From assembly GCA_965221165.1 (NCBI GenBank), contig CBDCRP010000003.1, forward strand, positions 480,001 through 544,000: a stretch of DNA of 64,000 nt, given 5' to 3'. The notes below the pieces were generated by a model that saw only the letters and a program-made list of their open reading frames with translations, did no database searches and was not told the origin of the DNA. A program made the position numbers and the translations under genes. Source of the DNA: a bacterium (lineage in GTDB: Bacteria > UBA8248). Below are positions 1 through 9,395 of this stretch, in pieces. Position 1 is the stretch's first letter, and every line of letters starts with the position of its first letter.

Positions 1-474
1 CAGGAGATTCGTCCCCGGTGGCTCGAGGAACCCGTGCGCTGGTTCGACGACAGGCGGGAACTCAGGATTTTGGCCCGAAAAACAAACATCCCCCTCTCCG
101 CCGGGGAGAGCGAGCAGACGGGGCACGGGGTCCGAGCGCTGCTGGAGGAGCAGGCGATAGACATCGTGCAGTTCGACTGCACGCGCATGGGCGGATTCAC
201 CATGGGGAAAAAACTCGCGGCCCTGGCGGAACTCAACCACGTGGAAATCGCTCCGCACCACGACTGCTTCATCCACGCCCACATCGTGGCGGCCTCGCCG
301 GCGGGCTGCATCGTGGAGTCCTTCACGGACCCCGAGCGCGATCCGCTCCAGGCCGAATTGTTCGAGAACCCGCCCCGCATCGAGAACGGGACGCTTCATT
401 TGAACGATGCGCCGGGTCTCGGGCTTACGCTCTCGGAAGATGCGATAGAGAAGTTCGGGACAAGGATTGCGTGA
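1..474 (+). CDS. mandelate racemase/muconate lactonizing enzyme (enolase superfamily), C-terminal part, truncated by window start
   Basis: Frame open from base 1: WLEEPV, PLSAGESE, DIVQFD..RMGGFT, IAPHH and PGLGL motifs typical of the enolase superfamily barrel. Confidence 0.85.
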   Translation, partial: QEIRPRWLEEPVRWFDDRRELRILARKTNIPLSAGESEQTGHGVRALLEEQAIDIVQFDCTRMGGFTMGKKLAALAELNHVEIAPHHDCFIHAHIVAASPAGCIVESFTDPERDPLQAELFENPPRIENGTLHLNDAPGLGLTLSEDAIEKFGTRIA

Positions 475-533
475 GGGGGGGGGAATCCCCCGGTGAACGA
501 GAGTTTAACGCGACCTAAGAATAAGCAAGAAAT

Positions 534-767
534 ACTCCCCCCTTGAGGGGGTTGTTGAAAAAGCCCCCCTGACAAGGGGGGTTGGGGGGTTCGGAGGGAA
601 TAATGCTTCACCCGCTCCGCTCGCCATCCCTCGGCTTAAGAACTAACCCCCCTGTCCCCCCTTGTCAGGGGGGTAAAAGCGACACCCCCGGCGAGGGGTT
701 TTTCAACAGGCCCTTGAGGGGGAGTAGCAGAAGCCGAGCGTTTTGTGCGAAGGCTGATGCGTGGGGG
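534..767. repeat. nested palindromic repeat cluster: ACTCCCCCTTGAGGGGGAGT-type REP interrupted by a TGTTGAAAAA...TTTTTCAACA-bounded unit that carries an inverted CCCCCCTGACAAGGGGGG pair
   Basis: cccttgaggg on both flanks (540-549, 711-720); inverted ends at 550-562 and 699-712; inner inverted pair at about 564-590 and 645-673. Confidence 0.7.
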
Positions 768-797
768 GTCAATCACGACTGATGAAGGAGTGATTGC
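768..797 (+). repeat. 30-nt hairpin element copy (gtcaatcac-gactgatgaagga-gtgattgc)
   Basis: 7-bp stem caatcac/gtgattg around the loop shared with copies at 26611, 26971, 35762 and 36590. Confidence 0.75.
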
Positions 798-1009
798 AGG
801 CGGATGAGGAAAAATCGGTCCGTAATTCCTCCTTCTTAGGTGGTTTCCTCCCCCGAAATAACTTGCAAGCAATTCTTCTCCTCTACCGGACCCCCAGATC
901 CCATCGAGTTTCAAAGCGGTTGTTCACCTGCCAATTTTTCAATGCGACGGAGTCCCTGCATAAAGCAATAAGGGGTTCACGATGCCTGGAAAATTCAGCG
1001 TCTTTTAAT

Positions 1010-2332
1010 CTACCAAAACCGCCCAGCGGGTCGATCGAGCCCATAGTGTTCTCGCAACGTCTTGCCTTTATATTCTGTCCGGAACAGCCCGCGACGCTGA
1101 AGAATCGGAACCACCTCTTCAACAAAAGCATCCAGCATCGTGGGAAAAAGCGGCGGCATCACATTGAAACCATCGGCGGCGCCTTCGCGGAACCAGTCCT
1201 CAATCAGATCAGCGACCTGCTCGGGCGCGCCGGCAAAAGTAAAGTGGCCGCGAGCACCGGCAAAACGGGCAAGAAGCCGGCGCAAAGTAAGGCCTTCGTT
1301 ACGCACAAGATTGACGACCATCTCGGACCGACTACGCATGGTTTCGACACTGGAGGGTGGAGGGAAATCGTCCGGCGACAGCGGCCGGTCCAGCGGCAAA
1401 TGCGAGAAATCATGTCCGTCGAACCGTGAAGAGAGAGTACGGCGACCGATCTCCGGGTCATTATTCTCATTGAGATCCTGTTCCATTCGTTTTGCTTCGG
1501 TCTCGGTCGACGCAATCATCGGGCTCAGACCAGGCAGAATCAGGACCTGGTTTGCATCACGACCTGCTGCGACCGCTCGCTTCTTGATATCCGTGTAAAA
1601 CTTCTGCGCCGTCGCCTTTTCGAGGTGGGCCGTAAATACCGCCTCGGCGTGACGCGAAGCAAAATCACGTCCGGCATCCGACGATCCTGCCTGCACCAGC
1701 ACCGGTCGCCCCTGCGGACTGCGCGGAAGGGTCAGCGGCCCCGCGACGCTATAATACTTGCCGTTAAAGTCGATTGGACAAATTCGATCACTTTTGGCGT
1801 AGACGCCACCGTTACGATCATCAACCACGGCGTCATCGGCCCAACTGTCCCACAAATCTTTGACGACCTGGACAAATTCCTCGGCCATTATGTAGCGGTC
1901 CGCATGACTATCCTGACCCGCATCACCGAAATTGCGCGCGACCTTCGCCATCCAGGTGGTGACGATATTCCAACCGGCACGGCCATTGCTAATGTGATCA
2001 ATCGAGTTAAACTGCCGCGCAAGGTTAAAGGCCTCAGAATATGTGCTCGACCCCGTCGCGATCAGCCCGACCCGCTCGGTTGCGACGGCGAGCGCCGCTA
2101 ATAAAGTTATTGGTTCAAGCCAGATTCGCCCGGACCGCGGAGCATCCGGTGTCAACATCAGTGAATCAGCGAAAAAGATCGAATCAAAAAGCGCCGTCTC
2201 CGCACGTTGAGCTAAATCCACATAGTAGTTTACATCGGTAAGCGAGGCCGTCGAAGAATCGGGATGGTTCCAGGCTGCTTCGTGGTGGCCCCGAGATTGG
2301 ACGAACAAATTGAGGTGAAGTTGCCTAGTCAT
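1010..2332 (-). CDS. NtaA/DmoA/SnaA-family FMN-dependent (LLM class) monooxygenase
   Basis: [64 protein letters not shown]. Confidence 0.9.
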   Translation of the reverse strand: MTRQLHLNLFVQSRGHHEAAWNHPDSSTASLTDVNYYVDLAQRAETALFDSIFFADSLMLTPDAPRSGRIWLEPITLLAALAVATERVGLIATGSSTYSEAFNLARQFNSIDHISNGRAGWNIVTTWMAKVARNFGDAGQDSHADRYIMAEEFVQVVKDLWDSWADDAVVDDRNGGVYAKSDRICPIDFNGKYYSVAGPLTLPRSPQGRPVLVQAGSSDAGRDFASRHAEAVFTAHLEKATAQKFYTDIKKRAVAAGRDANQVLILPGLSPMIASTETEAKRMEQDLNENNDPEIGRRTLSSRFDGHDFSHLPLDRPLSPDDFPPPSSVETMRSRSEMVVNLVRNEGLTLRRLLARFAGARGHFTFAGAPEQVADLIEDWFREGAADGFNVMPPLFPTMLDAFVEEVVPILQRRGLFRTEYKGKTLREHYGLDRPAGRFW

Positions 2333-2783
2333 TGAAGATAACGGCTCTCATTAGGGGAAGGCAAGATCATTGAACATCATACCCAATTTACGAACAGGAG
2401 CACAAACTGAGCAAAATCCCATCAAGCCGGCTCTGAAAAGTCCGATTGAAAAATTCATTTATGTATCCTCGTTTTGCTGGATGATTTGTAATTCAAGATT
2501 CACCTAGTGCGTCTCGAAAGATATCTTCCATTTCCTTCTCCAACCAAGCTACAATTTTTTCTTTCCCAAAGCCCTCGTGCGCATAAATCTGTTCGACGAT
2601 GTTGATCATCTTTGGTTGCTTTATTGATGCTGACATAATAATCATTCATTCTTCCAAATCTCATCCGGTATTCGCCTTCCGCATCACGTGAGCGAGTTAC
2701 TATCAGATATGATGTATGACCGTCTTGAATCAAGCGGCCAACCCGCTCCGCCTATCCAACTAGTCAAACCACCAATCCAGAAG

Positions 2784-3674
2784 TCATAAATACTTCTTGA
2801 ACCAGTCGATGGCCTCGACCATGCCGATTTCGTGGTGTTCGGGGCTACAGAAGTAATACGACTCGTAATGCTGGGCGCCCGGGAGCTTGACGATCTTCTT
2901 CGGCTCTCCGCAAGCCTCATAGCAACTGATTTGCTCCTGCACCGGCACGAGAAAATCATTTTCCGAATAGATGAACATAACGGGACGCGGCGCGATTCTG
3001 TCCGCCACCCACTCGGGCTTGTAGCGCCAGCAGGCCTCGGCGCTTTGCAGGTCGTAGTCCTTCACGTAATCGTCGTGTTTCTGGTGATTCTCCTGGATGA
3101 CCTTGAGCGTGTGGGGGTCGCAGATCATGATCTCGGGCAGCGGCATCGTGGTCGGCTCGCCGGTGGCGACGCGCTTGCGGGCGGCCTCCATCACTCGTTT
3201 GTGAAAAGAGTCCCACTCGTGCGGCCTCCTCACAGAGCGCATCCAGCGCTCGCCCTCGTGCACCCCCACGGAGGAGACCACCACCTTCACGCGCTCGTCG
3301 AAGGCCGCCACCCAGATGGCGTTCGCCCCGCCGAAGCTCGTGCCGAAAATGCCGATTCGCTCCGTGTCCACGCCCTCGACCGTCTCCATGTAGGAGATGG
3401 CGTCGTAGGTGTCCTGCGCCTGCTCCAGGGGCCGCTGGCGGCCGCGCGCTCCCTCGCTCTTGCCGAAGCCGCGATGATCGGGCGCAAAGATGAAGTAGCC
3501 CTCCTCCCAGAGGCGTCTGGGAACGTCCATGCCGTAGACCTCCTTCATCCCGCTGTAGCCGTGCAGGCAGATGATGGCGGGACCGGGCGGATCGCCCTCT
3601 CGCCAGCCTTTCGGCGTATAGAGGTGGGAGGCGATTTTGAGGCCGTCGCTGTAGTAAACAATCTCTTCGTACAT
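2784..3674 (-). CDS. alpha/beta fold hydrolase (S9/S15/CocE-like)
   Basis: HGYSG oxyanion region, DHRGFGKSEG, nucleophile elbow GTSFGG, C-terminal D and H of the triad. Confidence 0.85.
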   Translation of the reverse strand: MYEEIVYYSDGLKIASHLYTPKGWREGDPPGPAIICLHGYSGMKEVYGMDVPRRLWEEGYFIFAPDHRGFGKSEGARGRQRPLEQAQDTYDAISYMETVEGVDTERIGIFGTSFGGANAIWVAAFDERVKVVVSSVGVHEGERWMRSVRRPHEWDSFHKRVMEAARKRVATGEPTTMPLPEIMICDPHTLKVIQENHQKHDDYVKDYDLQSAEACWRYKPEWVADRIAPRPVMFIYSENDFLVPVQEQISCYEACGEPKKIVKLPGAQHYESYYFCSPEHHEIGMVEAIDWFKKYL

Positions 3675-3764
3675 GCAGGTTTCCCCTTTAGGCTATGCCG
3701 CGAAAATCGGATTTAACTTAAATTATCAATTCCTTACGGCGAATGCGCCACCGGACATTTCTCG

Positions 3765-4604
3765 CTATTCGACCTCGATGCCCCTCAACTCTCGCAACAA
3801 TTCACCAGAGTCGGGCGCGCGCATGAGCGCCTCGCCGACCAGGATGGCGTCGACCCCCTCATCCACCAGGGGGGCCACCTCCTCCCATCCGAAAATCCCG
3901 CTCTCAGAGACCAGAACGATATCTTCCCTCTGCTCGGGCGTTAGCCGAGCGAATACGCGGGATGTATGCTCCGTATCGACCTCGAAGGTCTTGAGGTTCC
4001 GGTTGTTCACGCCGAGCACGCGGGTTCCGGCTTCCAGGGCGCGCCCGAGTTCTTCCTCGGCATAGACCTCGACGAGCGCGTCCATGCCCAATTCTTCTGT
4101 GAGCGCGCGCAAATCCTCCATCTGCGCCGTTTCGAGGATGGCCGCGATGAGCAAGACGGCGTCCGACCCGCCGGCGCGGGCTTCCAATATCTGGTACTCG
4201 GTGAAAATAAACTCTTTTCTGAGGACGGGGAGAGCCACCGCGTCGCGCACCCCTTCGAGATGAGCCATCTCGCCCAGAAAGCGCCTCCGCTCGGTCAAAA
4301 CCGAAATAGCGGCCGCGCCACCAGCTTCATAAGCTTGGGCGATTTCGGCCGGCTGGAAGCTCTCGGCTATCTGCCCCTGGGAGGGGGAGGCTTGTTTCAC
4401 CTCGGCGATGACGCGCATCAGGCCGCCGTCCGCATCTTCGCCCGAATCGGGCCTCTTTAGCGCGCCCGCAAAATCCACAGTCGGCGGCGCGTCACGCGTC
4501 TGCGATTTGAGATCGGCTTCGGAACGTCTTCTCTTGTCCGAGGCGATGTCCTCTCGGACGCCTTCCACGAGCTTATCCAGAACCGTGTGTGTCGCAATCG
4601 TCAA
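3765..4604 (-). CDS. trpC: indole-3-glycerol phosphate synthase
   Basis: VIAEVKQASPSQG, AISVLTE, PVLRKEFI, GVNNRNL, VSESGI, ILVGEALM. Confidence 0.96.
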   Translation of the reverse strand: MTIATHTVLDKLVEGVREDIASDKRRRSEADLKSQTRDAPPTVDFAGALKRPDSGEDADGGLMRVIAEVKQASPSQGQIAESFQPAEIAQAYEAGGAAAISVLTERRRFLGEMAHLEGVRDAVALPVLRKEFIFTEYQILEARAGGSDAVLLIAAILETAQMEDLRALTEELGMDALVEVYAEEELGRALEAGTRVLGVNNRNLKTFEVDTEHTSRVFARLTPEQREDIVLVSESGIFGWEEVAPLVDEGVDAILVGEALMRAPDSGELLRELRGIEVE

Positions 4605-4652
4605 AATTTCATACTCCCTGGAGAAATCGACAATCTATAGGCTAGCGAAGCC

Positions 4653-4992
4653 GGGCTTGATGAAAAAGTCCTGATTTCGCGATTTGGGATATGTAGCAGA
4701 CCTAGGAGGGAAGAGACTTCATTCCCCTCTTAAGGTTTTTCCCAATTTAGAAGAGGATTCACTCCCCCCTTGAGGGGGAGTCGGTGAGGTGAGGGGGATT
4801 TTGCCCGAAACCGAACCGGTGGGGAGAGTTTTTTCTGTGGCATGTCCCCCCACCGAATCGCTTGCGGGCTTTCGCCCTTAGCTCTTCGACTCCCCCTCAA
4901 GGGGGAGTGATGTCTCCTCTCTCCCAGGTCGGTTCCTTACGACGAATCACGAAATCCGGTCTTTTTCAACAACCCCCTCAAAGGGGGAGTGG
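4653..4992. mobile_element. MITE-like foldback element with TG(A/T)TGAAAAAG ends enclosing an inverted pair of ACTCCCCCTTGAGGGGGAGTC REPs
   Basis: 4658-4685 matches the reverse complement of 4944-4971 at 23/28; second inverted arm gacctaggagggaagagac / gtctcctctctcccaggtc; no coding potential. Confidence 0.6.
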
Positions 4993-5045
4993 TTTGGCCC
5001 GACCCGCAAGGTCTTTATCAACAACCCAAGCCGCACCCGCCTCAC

Positions 5046-6056
5046 TCAGGAATTTGACACTTCCTCGAGACGCGCCAGAACCCCGGCCGCCTCGCCCGAA
5101 TCTATCGCCGCGGCCGCCTGCGCGACGCCTTCTCTCAGATCCCCCGCCCTGTCCGCGGCGATGAGCGCGGCGGCGGCGTTCAAGAGCACGATGTCGCGCT
5201 TTGGGCCTTTCTCACCGGCGAGGATGGCGCGTGTGATCTCCGCGTTCTCCTCGGGCTCGCCCCCCTTCACGGCGTCCGCGCCTGCGCGTTCCAGGCCCGC
5301 ATCCTCGGGCGTGACGTCATACGTCCTGATCTCGCTCCCGTCCCACTCCGAGACGCGCGAGGAACCGGTGAGCGTCAACTCGTCCATGCCGTCGGAACCA
5401 TGAACGACCAACGCCTTCTGACAGCCCACCTGCCGCAACACGTCCGCCACCAGCTCGGTGAGTTCGGGCGCGTACACGCCCACCAACTGGCTTTGGGCCC
5501 GGGCGGGGTTCGTGAGCGGCCCCATGACGTTGAAGATGCTCCGCATGGCGATCTCGCGCCTCGGACCGATGGCGTGCTTCATCGCGCCGTGGAGCATGGG
5601 CGCGAACAGAAAACCCACGCCCGCCTCGTCGATGCACTCGCCCACCTTCTCGGGCGTGGCCTCGATGTTGACTCCCAGGGCCTTCAATACGTCGGCTGCG
5701 CCCGATTTGCTCGACACCGCGCGGTTGCCGTGCTTCGCCACCGGCTGTCCCGCCGCCGCCACGACGAGGGCGGCGCTCGTGCTGATGTTGAAGGTGTGGG
5801 CGCCGTCGCCGCCCGTGCCCACCACGTCGACCACAAAGGGGTGTTTCGTCTTCACCCACGTCGCCTTGGCCCGCATGGAGCGGACGCTGCCCGCGATCTC
5901 TTCGGGCGTCTCACCCGCCATGCGAAGCGCCACCAGATAGGCGCCTATCTGGGCCTGTGTGGCCTCGCCCGTCATGATGAGGTCCATCACCTTCTCCGCC
6001 TCATCCGCGCTTAAGTGCCGGCCTTCCACGAGCTTTCCGATGGCTTCCTGAATCAT
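5046..6056 (-). CDS. trpD: anthranilate phosphoribosyltransferase
   Basis: DVVGTGGDG, TFNISTS, KHGNRAVSSKSGAADVL, FNVMGPLTNP. Confidence 0.97.
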   Translation of the reverse strand: MIQEAIGKLVEGRHLSADEAEKVMDLIMTGEATQAQIGAYLVALRMAGETPEEIAGSVRSMRAKATWVKTKHPFVVDVVGTGGDGAHTFNISTSAALVVAAAGQPVAKHGNRAVSSKSGAADVLKALGVNIEATPEKVGECIDEAGVGFLFAPMLHGAMKHAIGPRREIAMRSIFNVMGPLTNPARAQSQLVGVYAPELTELVADVLRQVGCQKALVVHGSDGMDELTLTGSSRVSEWDGSEIRTYDVTPEDAGLERAGADAVKGGEPEENAEITRAILAGEKGPKRDIVLLNAAAALIAADRAGDLREGVAQAAAAIDSGEAAGVLARLEEVSNS

Positions 6057-6207
6057 GAACGCATATCCTCATAGAGTTGTAGGGTTTTCATTTGTTCCCT
6101 CTGCGTTACAGCCTCAGCGATAGACACGTATTCCCGAAACACGGGTGCCGGAAAGTACGAGAATATCGCCGATTCCGGGCTACCATACCGCGTCCGCGCT
6201 CATTCCC

Positions 6208-6792
6208 TCAAGGCCGCTCGATGGCGCCTTCGAGCGCATTTTTGAGCAGCGCCTTGCCTTCGGGCGAGAGTATGGATTCAGGATGAAACTGAACGCCCGC
6301 AACCGCCATACCCCGGATACGAAGCGCCATGATCTCACCTTCCTCCGTCTCCGCGCATACCTCGATTTCGGAAGGCATGTTCTCGCGCGCAAGCAGGAGG
6401 CTGTGGTATCGCGTCGCCGTCATCGGATTTGAAAGCCCCCGAAAGACGCCCCGCTCGTCGTGGCGAATCTCAGAAGTTTTTCCGTGCATGATCCGCTCGG
6501 CGCGAACGACCTCGCCTCCGAATACCGAGGCAATGGCCTGATGACCCAGGCATACGCCAAGTATGGGGTATTCACCGGCATATCTCTCCACGAGCGGCAT
6601 CGAGAGACCCGCGGATTCGGGCCGCCCCGGCCCAGGGGATATGACGATCAACTCGGGAGCGAGTTCGGCCACCTCATCGAGTTCGAACTGATCGTTTCGC
6701 CACACCGTCACATCCGCGCCCAGTTCGGCCAGATACTGAACGAGGTTGTAAGTGAACGAATCGTAATTATCGATCATCAATACGCGCGTCAT
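6208..6792 (-). CDS. trpG: anthranilate synthase component II (glutamine amidotransferase)
   Basis: IDNYDSFTYNL, SPGPG, ILGVCLGHQ, RYHSL, QFHPES; lies between trpE and trpD. Confidence 0.93.
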   Translation of the reverse strand: MTRVLMIDNYDSFTYNLVQYLAELGADVTVWRNDQFELDEVAELAPELIVISPGPGRPESAGLSMPLVERYAGEYPILGVCLGHQAIASVFGGEVVRAERIMHGKTSEIRHDERGVFRGLSNPMTATRYHSLLLARENMPSEIEVCAETEEGEIMALRIRGMAVAGVQFHPESILSPEGKALLKNALEGAIERP

Positions 6793-6807
6793 GTCGTATT
6801 CTCCGCC

Positions 6808-8343
6808 CTAGGGAAGTCCGCCCCGCGCCACGTCCAGAGCGCGGAGGGAGCCTCGGGCCTTGTTGATGGTTTCCTCGTATTCGAAATCGGGCTTTGAGTC
6901 CGCCACGACGCCCGCCCCCACCTGGAGGTAGAGCTTGCCTCCGCGCGCATAGAGCGTGCGAATCGCGATGCAGGTATCCATGCTTCCGCCAAAACCGAAA
7001 TACCCCACTGCGCCCGAATAGGGGCCCCGGCGCACCGCCTCCATCTCGTCGATGATCTCCATGGCGCGCACCTTGGGCGCGCCCGAGACGGTGCCCGCCG
7101 GAAAGGAGGCCCGCAGCACGTCGAACGCATCCTTGCCCTCGGCCAGTTTTCCCACCACGTTGCTCACGATGTGCATGACGTGGGAGTAGCGCTCCACCAC
7201 CATCTGTTCGGTGACCCGGACCGTGCCGCGCTCACACACGCGGCCGATGTCGTTGCGGCCCAGGTCGACGAGCATGATGTGCTCGGCCCGTTCCTTCTCA
7301 TCGGCGAGCAGTTCATCCGCCAGGGCCCGATCTTCCGCCTCATCGCGCCCGCGCCGACGCGTGCCGGCGATGGGGCGCACCTCGACCTTCTCCCCTTCGA
7401 GCCTTACGAGCACCTCGGGGGATGCGCCCACGAGCGTGACCTCGCCGAGTTCCAGGTAAAACATGTAGGGGGAGGGATTGACCGTTCGCAGCGCCCGGTA
7501 GATGGCGAAAGGGTGCACGTCCAGGGTGCTTTCGAGGCGCTGGGAGAGCACTACCTGAATCGCCTCGCCCGCGTGGATGAGCTCCACCGTATCGGCGACG
7601 ACCTTCTCGAACCCCTCGCGCGTGAAAGACGAGTAAAGGCCCGGCATGTTCTCGACGGGATGCCCGCTACCGCCGTCCAGAGGCGTTTCCTCCGGCTCGT
7701 AAGGCGGGGCGACGGAAGGGCCTCTGAGCTTTTCGATGAGCGCATCGACGCGCGCGCACGCATCCTCGTAGGCGGCCTCGGGGCCGTCATCCGTTATGTG
7801 CGCATGGGCGAGGACGTACATCTTCTGCGCCACGTTGTCGAAGATGATCAGGGACTTCGTGATCATGAAAAGCAGTTCGGGCAGTTCGAGATCGTCATGC
7901 GCATTCTCGGGCAGGCGTTCGATGAAGCGAACCGCGTCATATCCCATGTAACCGATGGCGCCTCCCCAGAACCTCGGCAGACCGGGAAGATCGACGGGTA
8001 TGTACGGCTGTATCAACTGCCTGAGCGCATCGATGGGATCATCGACGGTGAATTCTTCGCTCTCCCCATCCTCCGTGATGCGCACCCGCTTTCCCTTGCT
8101 CTCGAAGATGAGGGAAGGCTCGCTGCCCAAAAAGGTGTATCTCGCCCATTTTTCCCCGCCCTCAACGCTTTCGAGCAAAAACGAGTAGGGACCGTCGACG
8201 ATTTTTAGATAGGCCGACACCGGCGTATCGAGATCGGCGAGGATCTCCCGATAGACCGGAATGATGTTGCCCCGCTCGCAGAGAGCGAGGAAAGTTTCCT
8301 TGTCCGGCGCATGATTTTCTGGGTTCATTTTTCTTCGAGGCAT
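6808..8343 (-). CDS. trpE: anthranilate synthase component I
   Basis: LLESVEGG (Trp feedback motif), NPSPYM, PIAGT, KERAEHIMLVDLGRND, FPAGTVSGAPK; start may be 8328. Confidence 0.96.
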   Translation of the reverse strand: MPRRKMNPENHAPDKETFLALCERGNIIPVYREILADLDTPVSAYLKIVDGPYSFLLESVEGGEKWARYTFLGSEPSLIFESKGKRVRITEDGESEEFTVDDPIDALRQLIQPYIPVDLPGLPRFWGGAIGYMGYDAVRFIERLPENAHDDLELPELLFMITKSLIIFDNVAQKMYVLAHAHITDDGPEAAYEDACARVDALIEKLRGPSVAPPYEPEETPLDGGSGHPVENMPGLYSSFTREGFEKVVADTVELIHAGEAIQVVLSQRLESTLDVHPFAIYRALRTVNPSPYMFYLELGEVTLVGASPEVLVRLEGEKVEVRPIAGTRRRGRDEAEDRALADELLADEKERAEHIMLVDLGRNDIGRVCERGTVRVTEQMVVERYSHVMHIVSNVVGKLAEGKDAFDVLRASFPAGTVSGAPKVRAMEIIDEMEAVRRGPYSGAVGYFGFGGSMDTCIAIRTLYARGGKLYLQVGAGVVADSKPDFEYEETINKARGSLRALDVARGGLP

Positions 8344-8373
8344 CGTCTTTCAAGCGATGCCTCGCCTCCATAC

Positions 8374-8408
8374 AAAAAAAGCCACGGGACCAAACAGGCC
8401 GCCATGGC
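8374..8408 (-). terminator. trp attenuator intrinsic terminator
   Basis: Minus strand GCCAUGG-c-GGCC-uguuu-GGUC-CCGUGGC followed by U7, about 30 nt upstream of trpE. Confidence 0.8.
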
Positions 8409-8445
8409 TCGGGGATTCGCTTTTAAAAAACTCAGACAACAACCC

Positions 8446-8517
8446 TTATGGCGCACCTCCAGATTTGGCGGGGCATCGCCAGGGCCAAGCCTCCATGCAT
8501 GTTTCTCGCGTTCTCAT
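8446..8517 (-). CDS. trpL: trp operon leader peptide MRTRETCMEAWPWRCPAKSGGAP
   Basis: 23-aa ORF with W-P-W directly upstream of the terminator before trpE; below the ORF-track cutoff. Confidence 0.7.
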   Translation of the reverse strand: MRTRETCMEAWPWRCPAKSGGAP

Positions 8518-8583
8518 CCGCCGCCATCCCCATATATGAAATTCCGCTACTCCGTCGAAGATACCCAATTTTTTGAGAAATGG

Positions 8584-9390
8584 TCAAGCGTCGGTTTCCT
8601 CGGGCCCCGGAGCGGCTTCGGGCGGAAGCTTGTCGCCATAGTCCACGCAGACCAGGGAAAGCCCCTGTGGCGGCGCGTTGACGCCCGCCAGAGCTCTGTT
8701 CCTGCCCGCAAGCACCTCCCGCACGGAATCGGCCTCGCGCTCCCCGCGGCCCACCTCCACCAGGACGCCGACCAGATTTCTCACCATGTGGCGCAGAAAC
8801 CCCTCCGCCGTCGCCTCGATGAGCACTTCATCGCCCGCGCGCTCCACGCTCAGGCGATCGAGGCGACGCACGGTGTCCTCGGGCCTCCCCTTCTCCCGAC
8901 AAAAGCTGGCGAAATCATGCTCTCCCTCGAGTATTCCCGCCGCCTGGCGCATCGCTTCGACATCGAGGCGTTTTCGCACGTGCCAAGTGTATGGTTGGCG
9001 GATGGCGCTCGGTGAACGGCGATTGAGGATGCGGTAACGATAGGTCTTGCGAACGGCGTCGAACTGGGCATGGAAACCGCCGGGCGCCTCCCTGCAATCG
9101 AAAATCGAGACGTCACGGCCCATCACGGTGTTCAGGCCGATGCGCACCTTGTAGGGTTCAATTTGCGAGCGCGTATGAAAATGCGCCACCTGTCCCCATG
9201 CGTGGACGCCGGCATCGGTGCGGCCCGAACCGATGATGCGTATCGGCTCGCCGCACATCTTCGTGAGCGCATCTTCTATTTCGCTCTGTACGGTTCGCTG
9301 ACCGGGCTGGGTCTGCCAACCGTGAAAATTCGTGCCCTCGTATTCTATCCACAGGACGAGGCAACGGGTATTTTCGGCGTTCATCGGCAA
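8584..9390 (-). CDS. truA: tRNA pseudouridine(38-40) synthase
   Basis: YEGTNFHGWQ, GSGRTDAGVHA, GEHDFASF, FLRHMVRNLVG. Confidence 0.96.
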   Translation of the reverse strand: MPMNAENTRCLVLWIEYEGTNFHGWQTQPGQRTVQSEIEDALTKMCGEPIRIIGSGRTDAGVHAWGQVAHFHTRSQIEPYKVRIGLNTVMGRDVSIFDCREAPGGFHAQFDAVRKTYRYRILNRRSPSAIRQPYTWHVRKRLDVEAMRQAAGILEGEHDFASFCREKGRPEDTVRRLDRLSVERAGDEVLIEATAEGFLRHMVRNLVGVLVEVGRGEREADSVREVLAGRNRALAGVNAPPQGLSLVCVDYGDKLPPEAAPGPEETDA

Positions 9391-9395
9391 AGCGG

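Noticed and set aside
768-797. CUGAUGA in the hairpin loop suggesting a hammerhead ribozyme or C/D box
   Set aside because: No GAAA/stem III geometry; most copies read CCGAGGA or CCGAUGA, and the covariation supports a simple hairpin
8433-8534. Alternative upstream ORF MGMAADENARNMHGGLALAMPRQIWRCAIRVVV as the trp leader
   Set aside because: Only one Trp codon; the W-P-W frame fits attenuation better, though this one is not strictly excluded
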